Source: Patescibacteria group bacterium (GTDB lineage: Bacteria; Krumholzibacteriota; Krumholzibacteriia; Krumholzibacteriales; Krumholzibacteriaceae). From it: DNA of 64,000 nt. Made by a program: the position numbers and the translations under genes. Below the pieces are notes generated by a model. That model was not told where the DNA came from. It did not search any database and was given only the letters and a program-made list of their open reading frames with translations. The stretch covers positions 22,064 to 86,063 of the forward strand of contig DATKWS010000154.1 in NCBI GenBank assembly GCA_035529435.1, given 5' to 3'. This document shows, piece after piece, positions 46,120 to 54,960 of this stretch (within the stretch, counting starts at the first letter, position 1; each line of letters opens with the position of its first letter).

Positions 46120-49068
46120 TTAAGGCGCTTGAGTGGGTGCACTCTGGTCTGATCGTGCGGCGCAACGTTCGACGCCGGGATCGAATCTTCCACAGCAGAT
46201 GAGGGGCGCCCATAAGTGAATATTATCAAAGGTATTACCGGAAGCACGGCTCTTCTCTATCATCTCTCTCTGCATGGCGCAGAGCGCCGCAGTGGCCGAT
46301 GACGCGCCGCCCCACAACTTTTCATAGAACGATGTTACGGCCCTCTCGGCGGCGGCATCCTCTATCGGCCACAGCGAACCGACTACCATGTGTGCGCCGG
46401 AGCGGACGAACGCCCCCGCCAGTCCCGAACCCGCCTGAGCGTACTGTGTGCCGCCCCCGACCGATTCGCACGCCGCAAGAAAGACGAGCCGAACATGCGA
46501 CAGATCGAGCCTCAGAATTTCTTGTTCATCGAGAAGAGCGCCCGAGAGCTCTCTCTCGCCGGTGATCTCCCCGGAAGGTGAGAGGAGGAGGGCCGTTTTT
46601 CCGCTGTGCAGGGGGTAGTGTATGGAGTGTGATGAGATGTGTACCAGGTCGGAACGCTCGATACGGGCGAGTAACGCCTGCCTGGTTGCCCCCGTCCCCT
46701 GGAGCACCGTGCCGTTCTCGAAGAATTGTTGCAGCCGGACAAGCTCCCTTCCGGCGTAATGGAGGGAATCGAGGCGGGGGTAGATCCTGCGCGCGAGATC
46801 GGGAATGACGGCATTGCCGACAATGAGCGGTGCCCGGAAACGCGGTGCGGCCGTCCCGCCGGATTCGCCGGGAGCAGCCACGGGTTCATACTGTGGATCG
46901 GCGGTGCCGGGCACCGCACGGGTGGTCTTCCCACTGCCGGTGTGCAGATCGAGCAGGCTGGGGGAGACGAATATCGTTTTGGATTCCAGGAGAAACCGGT
47001 CCGAGCCGCGAGCCGCCAGGGCGCCGAACGGCAGAAGACGGAGGACGCCGTCGGGGATAAAGCAGAGTATCTCGGCGGATTCGACGAGGGGCGCGAGCGG
47101 CTCGATCAGAAAGCCGTAGAGACGGGATGTAATCCCGGCGATACGGTCCCGGTTCAGGCCGGGTCCGGAATGTCGATCGCTGACGGACGGCCCGCACTGC
47201 TCGATGAACGCGCGCACCTCCCGGTCGAGCGTCACGCTCTCCACGGCGACGCACCGGTGCGTGGCGCCGTTCCTGTTCAACGCCACGAGTATCAACCGGT
47301 CCGGCGTGATCGTGGTTTGGACGATGAGGGCGCACTCCGGAATCCATGCCCGGTCCGCAATGCATGACCTGATGGAATCGTCGAGGGCCATGGATGGGAC
47401 GGACCGGCCGCAGGGATCAGCGTGCCGCGACCGCTCGGCCCAGAAGAGAACGGAATCGGCCCCATGCGATGTCTCGCTGTCGAGACGTATAAGGTCGTCA
47501 TAGATCGAATCGACCAGTTGCACGAGGAAGTGCCTGTTTTCCACGTGCGGTTTCCGCAACGATTCCTCCTCGAAGAGGGCAATGGCGCCTGCGAGAATCT
47601 TTCGGCCGTCGTTCCGGTTCCCCCGGCTGATCTTTGTTTTTCCGAGGAGCCGGCACGATTCGATTTGCTGCATCCAGTAATTTTCCTCGATCGCCAGGCG
47701 CACGGCCTCATCGAGGAGTTCCTCGGCCTGTCGGTAGCGATGCTGCTCGAAGTGGAGACGGGCCATCGCCGTCGTGTATTCGGCCACCCGGCGGTTCTCC
47801 CGAAGCCTGTGTGAGACGGCCAATGCACGTTCGTAACAGGAAAGTGCCTCCTCGGTCTTTCCCGCCGCCGCGTATGTATCGCCGAGCTGTTTCTCCAACT
47901 CGGCGATGTAGTGTTGATCGATGCCGCGCTGTGCGATCGACAGCGCTTTTTCCATTTTGGCGATCGCCTCGCCGAGGTTTCCCGCCGCGCGCTGGATACG
48001 GGAAAGGAGTGCGAGTCCCGATGCAAGGTACTGCTCCGTCGCGTGCGTAACGTAGATGCCGGTCTCGGGTGAGTCGCCGCTCAGCAGTTCCTCGGCGAGA
48101 AGCGTCGATTTCTCCGCGATGCCGGCGGCGCGGTTCGTTTCGCCGAAGCTGTTGAGTAACCGCGCGAGTGTGAGATTTCGAGAGATGGAGCAATTCGGAT
48201 CACAGGCGTGTTCGCTGCAGCGGCAGGCCTGCACGAGCAGGGATTCCGCTTCGACGGTGAATCCTTCGGTGCCGCGGAGGCAGCCGAGAAACGAGAGGGC
48301 CCGGCTCAGGTAGTAGGGGTCCCCGCATCGCTCTGCGTTCGAGAGGCTCAACCGGTAGGCCGCGTCCGCAGCCTCGAAATTCCCCTTCCGCACGTGATAG
48401 GCGCCGATCCGGCCCGAGATGTAACTCACACTTGGCAGGTGCTCGGTATCCCTGTACGTATCGAGGGCCTCCTCGAGGCAGCGCACCCCCTCGGGATCGC
48501 GCCCCGAGGCGAAATAGTAATCGGCGAGCGTTTCGAGCCCTTTGCCGGTCCACCGGCCGCATCCGGCGTCTTCAAGGGCCGCGATGCTCTCCCGGAGGAC
48601 CGTCTCTATCTCCTCGGCCCGGTCGAGCTCATCGTAGATTCTGTCATGGCACCGCACAATGCACCTGCGCGCCGCCGTGTACGCGCTCAATTTCCGCTCG
48701 TCATCGAGGAGGTCTGCGATCAGGAGGGAAAAGTGACGCGAGTGGAACGCCGAATCGAGCAGGTAGGCGATTTTCCCGGCCTCCACGGCGCAGTAGGCGA
48801 AGGTCCCCTGCGCACCGCGTTCATGCGCCTCGAGAAGAAGGTTGAATTGCGGGCTCAGTGCTTTCTCGCTCCAGATGAAGCCGCTTTTTTCGAAGAGTGC
48901 CACGGCGGCGTCATCGCTCAAGAGCTGGGCCGGAATCCCTGATACTTTCACGTACTCGAGGTTGTACATCTCGCCGTCTCCGGGCGCGGGGGCGAGGTGC
49001 ACCGCTGCGCTGATGATGATGTAGGCGAGCGCCGCGTACGCCGGGATATGATAGCGAACTGGTTTCAT
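46120..49068 (-). CDS. TPR-repeat protein with C-terminal CHAT (caspase-like) domain, membrane-anchored
   Basis: N-terminal TM helix. Many TPR-like repeats. C-terminal CHAT with the His/Cys dyad region (VHISSHSIHYP… and LVFLAACESVGG). Confidence 0.7.
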   Translation of the reverse strand: MKPVRYHIPAYAALAYIIISAAVHLAPAPGDGEMYNLEYVKVSGIPAQLLSDDAAVALFEKSGFIWSEKALSPQFNLLLEAHERGAQGTFAYCAVEAGKIAYLLDSAFHSRHFSLLIADLLDDERKLSAYTAARRCIVRCHDRIYDELDRAEEIETVLRESIAALEDAGCGRWTGKGLETLADYYFASGRDPEGVRCLEEALDTYRDTEHLPSVSYISGRIGAYHVRKGNFEAADAAYRLSLSNAERCGDPYYLSRALSFLGCLRGTEGFTVEAESLLVQACRCSEHACDPNCSISRNLTLARLLNSFGETNRAAGIAEKSTLLAEELLSGDSPETGIYVTHATEQYLASGLALLSRIQRAAGNLGEAIAKMEKALSIAQRGIDQHYIAELEKQLGDTYAAAGKTEEALSCYERALAVSHRLRENRRVAEYTTAMARLHFEQHRYRQAEELLDEAVRLAIEENYWMQQIESCRLLGKTKISRGNRNDGRKILAGAIALFEEESLRKPHVENRHFLVQLVDSIYDDLIRLDSETSHGADSVLFWAERSRHADPCGRSVPSMALDDSIRSCIADRAWIPECALIVQTTITPDRLILVALNRNGATHRCVAVESVTLDREVRAFIEQCGPSVSDRHSGPGLNRDRIAGITSRLYGFLIEPLAPLVESAEILCFIPDGVLRLLPFGALAARGSDRFLLESKTIFVSPSLLDLHTGSGKTTRAVPGTADPQYEPVAAPGESGGTAAPRFRAPLIVGNAVIPDLARRIYPRLDSLHYAGRELVRLQQFFENGTVLQGTGATRQALLARIERSDLVHISSHSIHYPLHSGKTALLLSPSGEITGERELSGALLDEQEILRLDLSHVRLVFLAACESVGGGTQYAQAGSGLAGAFVRSGAHMVVGSLWPIEDAAAERAVTSFYEKLWGGASSATAALCAMQREMIEKSRASGNTFDNIHLWAPLICCGRFDPGVERCAARSDQSAPTQAP

Positions 49069-49122
49069 GTCCGGTCCCCGTTCGCTGTATACTATAGCAG
49101 AAAAATACAATAATAATAATGA

Positions 49123-50040
49123 TTATTCTTTAATGAGAGCCCGCGCCTTCTCTGCCCATGGAGAGGTTGGATCCCTGTGGATGTACGATTCGAGATACCG
49201 GTTCGCCTCGGCCGTTTTCCCGGTCGCATGGTATATGATTCCGAGGTTGTAATAGGCCTCGGGAGGTACATGTTCACGTTGTGCAGCATCGATCAGGCGG
49301 ATCAGCGCCAGATCGGTTCTCCCCAGCCTGTACGATACCACAGCGAGATCGTTGTACGAGCGGCCGTCATCCGGCGCCAGGAGTGCGGCCCGTCGGTATG
49401 CCACTTCGGCCCTGTCGAACCGGTTCATGGCGAAATGCAGATGCCCGAGGAGCTGGTGGACTTCCGGATTGCGGGGATATCGCCGAATGAGCTGTTTCAG
49501 TGTGCCTTCGAGTCGTTCGAACCGGCGGTAATCACCCGCTGGATTTCCGCGAATCGCGACCGGTGTTCCGCCCGGTCTGTCCCGCCCGCCGGTGAGGCGC
49601 AGCTCGCCGATCTGTGCGGCTGATAGGACCGTGTCGATCTCCGTCCGGGCCGCCCGCAACTCGGGATCCCAGGCAGGGGAGAGCATGAGGAGGCTCAGAA
49701 CGAAGATCATTGCTATCGAAGTTGCTAGTGCAGAATAGGTTACGGTCGCATGCCACACCCGCGCAAGGAACGGCGCACGAGGAGGGGATTGGCGCGCCGC
49801 CTCAGTAATGCCGGATCTATCTTGCTGCGCGAGCGGTTCCCGCCGAGCGGTACACTGGAGGGCCGGATCCGGCAAGAAGGTCCCGGTCATCTCGTCGAGT
49901 TCCCCCTTTGCGTTGAACAGGGTTGCCAGGCAGCGGGGACAATCCGCAACATGCTTCTCGTACGCCCGGCGTTCCTCATCCGTGAGGCGCCTGTCGAGAT
50001 ATGCCGCGAGCCATTCCTCGTTATTACAGAATTCCTTCAT
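49123..50040 (-). CDS. anti-sigma factor (zf-HC2 N-terminus, single TM, periplasmic TPR domain)
   Basis: HxxxCxxC motif EKHVADCPRC at N-terminus. TM helix. TPR repeats. Immediately downstream of the ECF sigma factor. Confidence 0.6.
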   Translation of the reverse strand: MKEFCNNEEWLAAYLDRRLTDEERRAYEKHVADCPRCLATLFNAKGELDEMTGTFLPDPALQCTARREPLAQQDRSGITEAARQSPPRAPFLARVWHATVTYSALATSIAMIFVLSLLMLSPAWDPELRAARTEIDTVLSAAQIGELRLTGGRDRPGGTPVAIRGNPAGDYRRFERLEGTLKQLIRRYPRNPEVHQLLGHLHFAMNRFDRAEVAYRRAALLAPDDGRSYNDLAVVSYRLGRTDLALIRLIDAAQREHVPPEAYYNLGIIYHATGKTAEANRYLESYIHRDPTSPWAEKARALIKE

Positions 50041-50148
50041 GGCGATTATCGATTAACTCGTTTCCGAGCTTCCCCTTAGTTCATTATAGATTAGACGACA
50101 ATTTTTCGTGTTTCCGCGGTCTATTTGTTAATAGTATGTCAGTTTTTT

Positions 50149-51063
50149 TCAGTGAAACGGATGACCGTGGCCGTCCGGCGGTGTGTTCCACATATCTTCC
50201 CACGAGTGCAGTTCCATGAGGTTCTGCACGATTCCCTGGTAAATTTCCAGTGGTATGCCGGTCTCCAGCAACATCGCTTTCAGCTGCGCGAACAGCTTTT
50301 CGAGGCGCCGGTAGACCAATTGCTCGTTTCCGAGATCGAGCACCTCGCAGATCCTCCTGGCGCTCGCCTTGTGCTCGAACCGGAGCTGGAGAATGATCTG
50401 GTCGCGGTGCGGCAGATGGAGGAGGGCATCGCGGAGGTTCTGCAGCGCCTCGCGGAACAGATCGCTCTCCATGAGAATATCCGGAACCGGTTGCGTACGG
50501 CGTTCCAGTGGCACATGATCACTCGAGGTGTAAGCGGTGCCGTTCAGTGGAACGTTCCGTACTATTGAGGGAGCGAGCAGTTTCTCGATGAGCTTGCCGA
50601 GCCTGCGCTCCCGCGCCGTTTGGATTATGCGCTCCTCGCATTCGATCAGATCGAGGTAGGAGATATGATCTCCCATCTCGGCACGGAGCCCCGCGAGCAC
50701 CTCGTGGATCGGGAGTGCCTGGATGAATGCCAGCTTGAAGTAGCGCCGGTCGACCGGGAGAAGCCCTCCGAGGGCCGTCAGTACGTGCCGGATCCCCTTC
50801 GAGCTTCTGAAATAGTCCCGGCAGTGATTCACCGTTACGATGAACAGCCACGTCGAGAGCGTCGATCTGCCGTTGAACTTGGCGAGCTTTTCGTTTTTGA
50901 GCTTTTCCAGAAGCGAAACGTACAGGTCGCGCGCGATTTCATCGTCATTCACGTACCTGCCGATGATGCTCTGCATGTTATCGGTATAGGTTTCGATGAA
51001 CCGATGCCATGCCGCAATATCGCCGGCCATGATCTTTCTTACGAGATCGAGATCGACCTTCAT
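50149..51063 (-). CDS. ECF-type sigma-70 factor with long sigma2-sigma4 linker and C-terminal extension
   Basis: Region 2 STLSTWLFIVTVNHCRDYFR. Region 4 HTH ASARRICEVLDLGNEQLVYRRLEKLFAQLK. About 300 aa, versus about 190 for a minimal ECF sigma. Confidence 0.6.
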   Translation of the reverse strand: MKVDLDLVRKIMAGDIAAWHRFIETYTDNMQSIIGRYVNDDEIARDLYVSLLEKLKNEKLAKFNGRSTLSTWLFIVTVNHCRDYFRSSKGIRHVLTALGGLLPVDRRYFKLAFIQALPIHEVLAGLRAEMGDHISYLDLIECEERIIQTARERRLGKLIEKLLAPSIVRNVPLNGTAYTSSDHVPLERRTQPVPDILMESDLFREALQNLRDALLHLPHRDQIILQLRFEHKASARRICEVLDLGNEQLVYRRLEKLFAQLKAMLLETGIPLEIYQGIVQNLMELHSWEDMWNTPPDGHGHPFH

Positions 51064-51195
51064 GCTATAATTATAATTGAAAATCGATGGATAGCAACCG
51101 ATAACCCCGGCCGGCGGCAAGGACACTACTCCGTGAGGAAACAGGTGCGCACCGGGAGTGCCGCTTCGCCGGCGGGACGATCTTGTGGTGTGGAT

Positions 51196-51528
51196 CTAGA
51201 GCTGGTTCCTCTCGGGCGGGCGCCGCTCGGGAACGTAGATGTCCGGTACCGATCCCTCGTTCCATTCCCGCGAAACGTACAGGTTGCAGTAGCAGCTTCC
51301 GTACTCCGCCACGTCCGGCTCGCGGTAATCGCACGGACAGATGATATCTTTGTCGTGCTCGCGGTCATCCGCGGCGAGTCGGCACGGGCACGCCATGTAT
51401 CCGTATCGCTCCCTGTTGGTCAGGAGTCCCTGGAGGAGCTCCAGCGTCCGTTCCCGGTCATGATTGAAATAATACCCCTTCGGTTCGTTCAAAGCTTTCA
51501 GCCGTTCGTACAGTTCCTCGACATTCAT
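51196..51528 (-). CDS. ferredoxin:thioredoxin reductase catalytic-subunit-like (FTR-like) [4Fe-4S] disulfide reductase
   Basis: CPC-x16-CPC-x12-CYC arrangement (CPCRLAADDREHDKDIICPCDYREPDVAEYGSCYC) matching the FtrC CPC…CPC…CHC motif. ATG overlaps the upstream glutaredoxin stop. Confidence 0.6.
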   Translation of the reverse strand: MNVEELYERLKALNEPKGYYFNHDRERTLELLQGLLTNRERYGYMACPCRLAADDREHDKDIICPCDYREPDVAEYGSCYCNLYVSREWNEGSVPDIYVPERRPPERNQL

Positions 51529-51785
51529 GACAGGCCCAGCGCCTCCTTCAACTCTTCTTCCCGGTAGCCGACGATCACCCGGTCGCCGATGATGATGGTG
51601 GGATAGGAAAGCCGCTCGTTGAGCCTCCGGAGCTCCTGCAGAACGGCACGTTTCTCCTCCCGCTCCAGCAGATCGACGTCGGTGAACTCGTGTGGTATGT
51701 TGTGTTCCCTCATGAACCGCTTGGCGGCCTTGCAATGCCCGCAGGTGCTGATCGTGTACATTCTTACTGGTTTATCCGGGCCCAC
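51525..51785 (-). CDS. glutaredoxin/NrdH-like small thiol-disulfide oxidoreductase
   Basis: 86 aa with the thioredoxin fold and active site CGHC (YTISTCGHCKAAKRFM). Confidence 0.65.
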   Translation of the reverse strand: MGPDKPVRMYTISTCGHCKAAKRFMREHNIPHEFTDVDLLEREEKRAVLQELRRLNERLSYPTIIIGDRVIVGYREEELKEALGLS

Positions 51786-51820
51786 TGTATTCCTCCTTGA
51801 ACGGGGCCGTTCCGGGCGGT

Positions 51821-52759
51821 CTATCGCGGCGCACCCCGCTCCGTTGCGACATAGAATGTCCGCTCCCCCTGCCTCTGCGGGGCTATGCGGCCCTCACCGG
51901 CGAGACGCGAGAGGAGCTTCGCCACGCCGGGCATCGGGACGCCGAGGGCCCGGTGCAGATCCTCGGCGGTGCACGGTCGCCGCGCGACGAGGGCGATGAT
52001 CTGCTCCCGTACCGCCCGGTCCTCCCGATCCGTTCTCGCCGTCGTTTCGGTGATGATCTCGCAGTTCGGCGCGATGCATCCGCCCGCCTCCTCGAGGGCC
52101 CGTTTATCGAGGGGGACGATGGCCCGCTCGGTCCCGGGGCGCACCGCCGTGTTGAGCTGAACGGCATCGACACGGAGGCGTTTCAAGACATCCCGCAGCG
52201 CCGCCAGGTTTTCGGTATCGGTGTTGAATCCATCGATCAGCAGGATCTCGAGGAGAATCGTTCCGGCGAAATCGGCCGTGAAACGCTCGAGGCCGTCGAT
52301 GATCCCGTGCAGGTCACACCGCTCGTGCGGGCGGTTGATTCTGTTGAATGTACGCTCCAGCGCGGTGTCGAGCGAGGGAAGTACCGTATCCGCATGGAGC
52401 ATCTCGTCGCGCACGGCTGCGCTGTCGAGCAGGGAGCTGTTCGTGATGATCGCCACGGGTATGCTGCTCATCCGCTTCACCTCGAGTATAAGCTCCCCGA
52501 GCCTGAGGTACAGCGTCGGTTCTCCCGCACCGGACAGGGTCAGGTAGTCGGGCTTGTCGGGTATCTGGGAGAGGCGTTCATCGAGCTCGGCGAGGATGCC
52601 GTCGAGCGGAAAGAATTCCCGCCGCTCACACGTTTTGTCCGTCGTCGCCCCGCACTCGCAGTAGACGCAGTCGTACGTGCACGTCTTGTAAGGGATGATG
52701 TCGATGCCGAGTGATCTGCCGAGCCGCCGTGACGGCACCGGCCCGAAAATACGCTGCAC
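51821..52759 (-). CDS. radical SAM protein (COG0731-like Fe-S oxidoreductase)
   Basis: CxxxCxxC cluster motif CTYDCVYC preceded by the conserved GPVPSRRLGRSLGID N-terminus. Confidence 0.7.
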   Translation of the reverse strand: MQRIFGPVPSRRLGRSLGIDIIPYKTCTYDCVYCECGATTDKTCERREFFPLDGILAELDERLSQIPDKPDYLTLSGAGEPTLYLRLGELILEVKRMSSIPVAIITNSSLLDSAAVRDEMLHADTVLPSLDTALERTFNRINRPHERCDLHGIIDGLERFTADFAGTILLEILLIDGFNTDTENLAALRDVLKRLRVDAVQLNTAVRPGTERAIVPLDKRALEEAGGCIAPNCEIITETTARTDREDRAVREQIIALVARRPCTAEDLHRALGVPMPGVAKLLSRLAGEGRIAPQRQGERTFYVATERGAPR

Positions 52760-52844
52760 GCCCCATACTCCCGGGAAAGGGTGACCTGACCACCGGACGG
52801 ATAATACATGCGAAATGTATTATATCGTGATGCGTTTTACCAGG

Positions 52845-52980
52845 CTAACCTTAATCCGTCATTCTTTTGGATGTGAATGTTCGGCCGGGCGCCGGTGCGC
52901 TGCGGAACTCGCCGTCGGCCGCCGTCCCTACGCGCCCGCCCGGTCCATCAATTACGACAGTATTAACAAATTAAGGCTCA
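52845..52980. mobile_element. MITE-like element copy 2 (internally deleted, about 136 bp)
   Basis: Shares the left TIR CTAACCTTAATCCGTCA and a roughly 65-bp near-identical core with copy 1. The right TIR is partly degenerate. Confidence 0.45.
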
Positions 52981-53091
52981 TTCTCCAACGACGCTGTCAA
53001 TGCTTGCGGAATCGGCTTGAATCGATCATTATCAGTATCGACGAGTTGAACGAGAACAATGTTCTGTGTCATCCCTTCGAGGGGGATTTTC

Positions 53092-54960
53092 ATGAGTAAC
53101 GTTTTTTCGGGCTTGTACCAGGAAAAGAAACGGTCTCCCGACGATCTGGTGAAACTGATACGTCCCGGGAGCAGGATATTTATCGGATCGGGCGCGGCCG
53201 AGCCGCAGACCCTGATCAAGGTGTTGATCGAGAAGGGCAAGTATATCGAAGATCACGAGACGATCAACCTGCTCGAACTGGGTACGACCCCGTACGCCGA
53301 ATCGGTGCTCAGCAAACCGTTTCACAAGAACGCATTCTTTATAGGGCAGAATGTCCGTGACGATGTAAACGAGGGGAGGGCAGAGTACACGCCGATCTTT
53401 CTCTCCGAGCTGCCGTCGTTGATACGGTCGGGGCGTCTCAAGATCGATGTGGCGCTGATACAGGTGGCCCCCCCCGATAACTACGGTTTCTGCTCACTCG
53501 GCGTATCGGTCGACATCGTGAAGGCCGGGGCCGAGAGCGCGCGGCTCGTCATAGCGGAGGTCAACAAGCAGATGCCCCGCACACTCGGGGACTGCTTCGT
53601 TCACCTCAAGGACATCGATTACATAGTCGAGAGCGACACGCCCCTCGTCATGTGGTCGCCGCCCAAGCCGGACGAGGTTTCAGATCGTATCGGCCGGAAT
53701 GTGGCGCGCCTCATCGGCGACGGCGCGACGATCCAGGCGGGAATCGGCATGATTCCGAACGCGATCCTTTCCCACCTGCACGACAAGCACGATCTCGGCA
53801 TCCACACGGAGATGTTCTCGGACGGGATTATCGATCTCGTCGAGAGCGGGGTTGTCACGAACAGCAAGAAGTCGATCCACAACGGCAAGATCATCGCCAC
53901 CTTTTGCATGGGGACGCAGCGTCTCTACGATTTCGTCGACGACAACCCGCTGATAGAATTCCACGCGTGCGATTACACCAACGATCCGTTCATCATCTCG
54001 CAGAACAACAAGATGATTTCGATCAACGCGGCTATCCAGGTCGATCTCACCGGGCAGGTCTGCGCCGATTCAATCGGCGAGTACTTCTACGCGGGGATCG
54101 GGGGACAGGTCGATTTCGTGCGCGGCGCGGCCCGGTCCAAGGGGGGCAAGCCGATCATCGTGCTTCCCTCGACGGCGAAGCACGGCACGGTATCGCGTAT
54201 CGCCCCCTACCTGGACCAGGGTGCCGGCGTCGTGACCTCGCGGGGGGATGTTCACTACGTGGCGACCGAACACGGGATCGCCAATCTCCACGGGCGCAAC
54301 CTCATGGAGCGCGCCCTCGCTCTCATCAGCATCGCGCACCCCGATTTCCGCAATGAGCTGCTGAACTATGCCAAGCAGCGGCGTATCGTGCATGTGGACC
54401 AGATGCCGCTCGCGGGCGCGGGCCGGTTCTACCCGGAGAAATACGAGCATACGGTCGTCTTCGGCGATGTAGAGGTTTTCTTCAGACCCGTCAAGCCGAC
54501 CGACGAGGCGCTCGACCGGGCGTTTTTCTATTCGCTGAGCGACGAATCGATCTACTACCGCTTCTTCAACATCGTCAAATCGATGCCGCACGAGAAGATC
54601 CAGCCGTTCGTGAACATCGATTACCGCGAGGAGATGGCGATCGTGGGGTTTCTCGGCGAGCCGGGGGACGAGGAGATCATAGCGATCGGTCGTTTCAAGA
54701 ACGATCCCGCAGACAACGAGGCCGAGGTGGCGTTTCTCGTGGGGGACGACTGGCAGAACCGCGGGATCGGCACGCACCTGATGCGGAAATTGATCGAGAT
54801 AGCGTGCGATATGGGGATCGAGGGATTCAAGGCGGAGGTGCTCGCCGATAACAAGAAGATGCTGCACGTATTTCACAAGGTCGGCTACCCGATTCACAGC
54901 AAACTCGAGGCAGGATCGTACTTCATCCGTATCGTATTCTCCGAGGGAGGCGCGAAGTGA
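53092..54960 (+). CDS. acetyl-CoA hydrolase/CoA-transferase family domain fused to C-terminal GNAT acetyltransferase
   Basis: N-terminal about 460 aa with GIGxxPNA and GGQVDF CoA-transferase signatures. C-terminal GNAT motif A (QNRGIGTHLMRKLIE). Confidence 0.7.
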   Translation: MSNVFSGLYQEKKRSPDDLVKLIRPGSRIFIGSGAAEPQTLIKVLIEKGKYIEDHETINLLELGTTPYAESVLSKPFHKNAFFIGQNVRDDVNEGRAEYTPIFLSELPSLIRSGRLKIDVALIQVAPPDNYGFCSLGVSVDIVKAGAESARLVIAEVNKQMPRTLGDCFVHLKDIDYIVESDTPLVMWSPPKPDEVSDRIGRNVARLIGDGATIQAGIGMIPNAILSHLHDKHDLGIHTEMFSDGIIDLVESGVVTNSKKSIHNGKIIATFCMGTQRLYDFVDDNPLIEFHACDYTNDPFIISQNNKMISINAAIQVDLTGQVCADSIGEYFYAGIGGQVDFVRGAARSKGGKPIIVLPSTAKHGTVSRIAPYLDQGAGVVTSRGDVHYVATEHGIANLHGRNLMERALALISIAHPDFRNELLNYAKQRRIVHVDQMPLAGAGRFYPEKYEHTVVFGDVEVFFRPVKPTDEALDRAFFYSLSDESIYYRFFNIVKSMPHEKIQPFVNIDYREEMAIVGFLGEPGDEEIIAIGRFKNDPADNEAEVAFLVGDDWQNRGIGTHLMRKLIEIACDMGIEGFKAEVLADNKKMLHVFHKVGYPIHSKLEAGSYFIRIVFSEGGAK

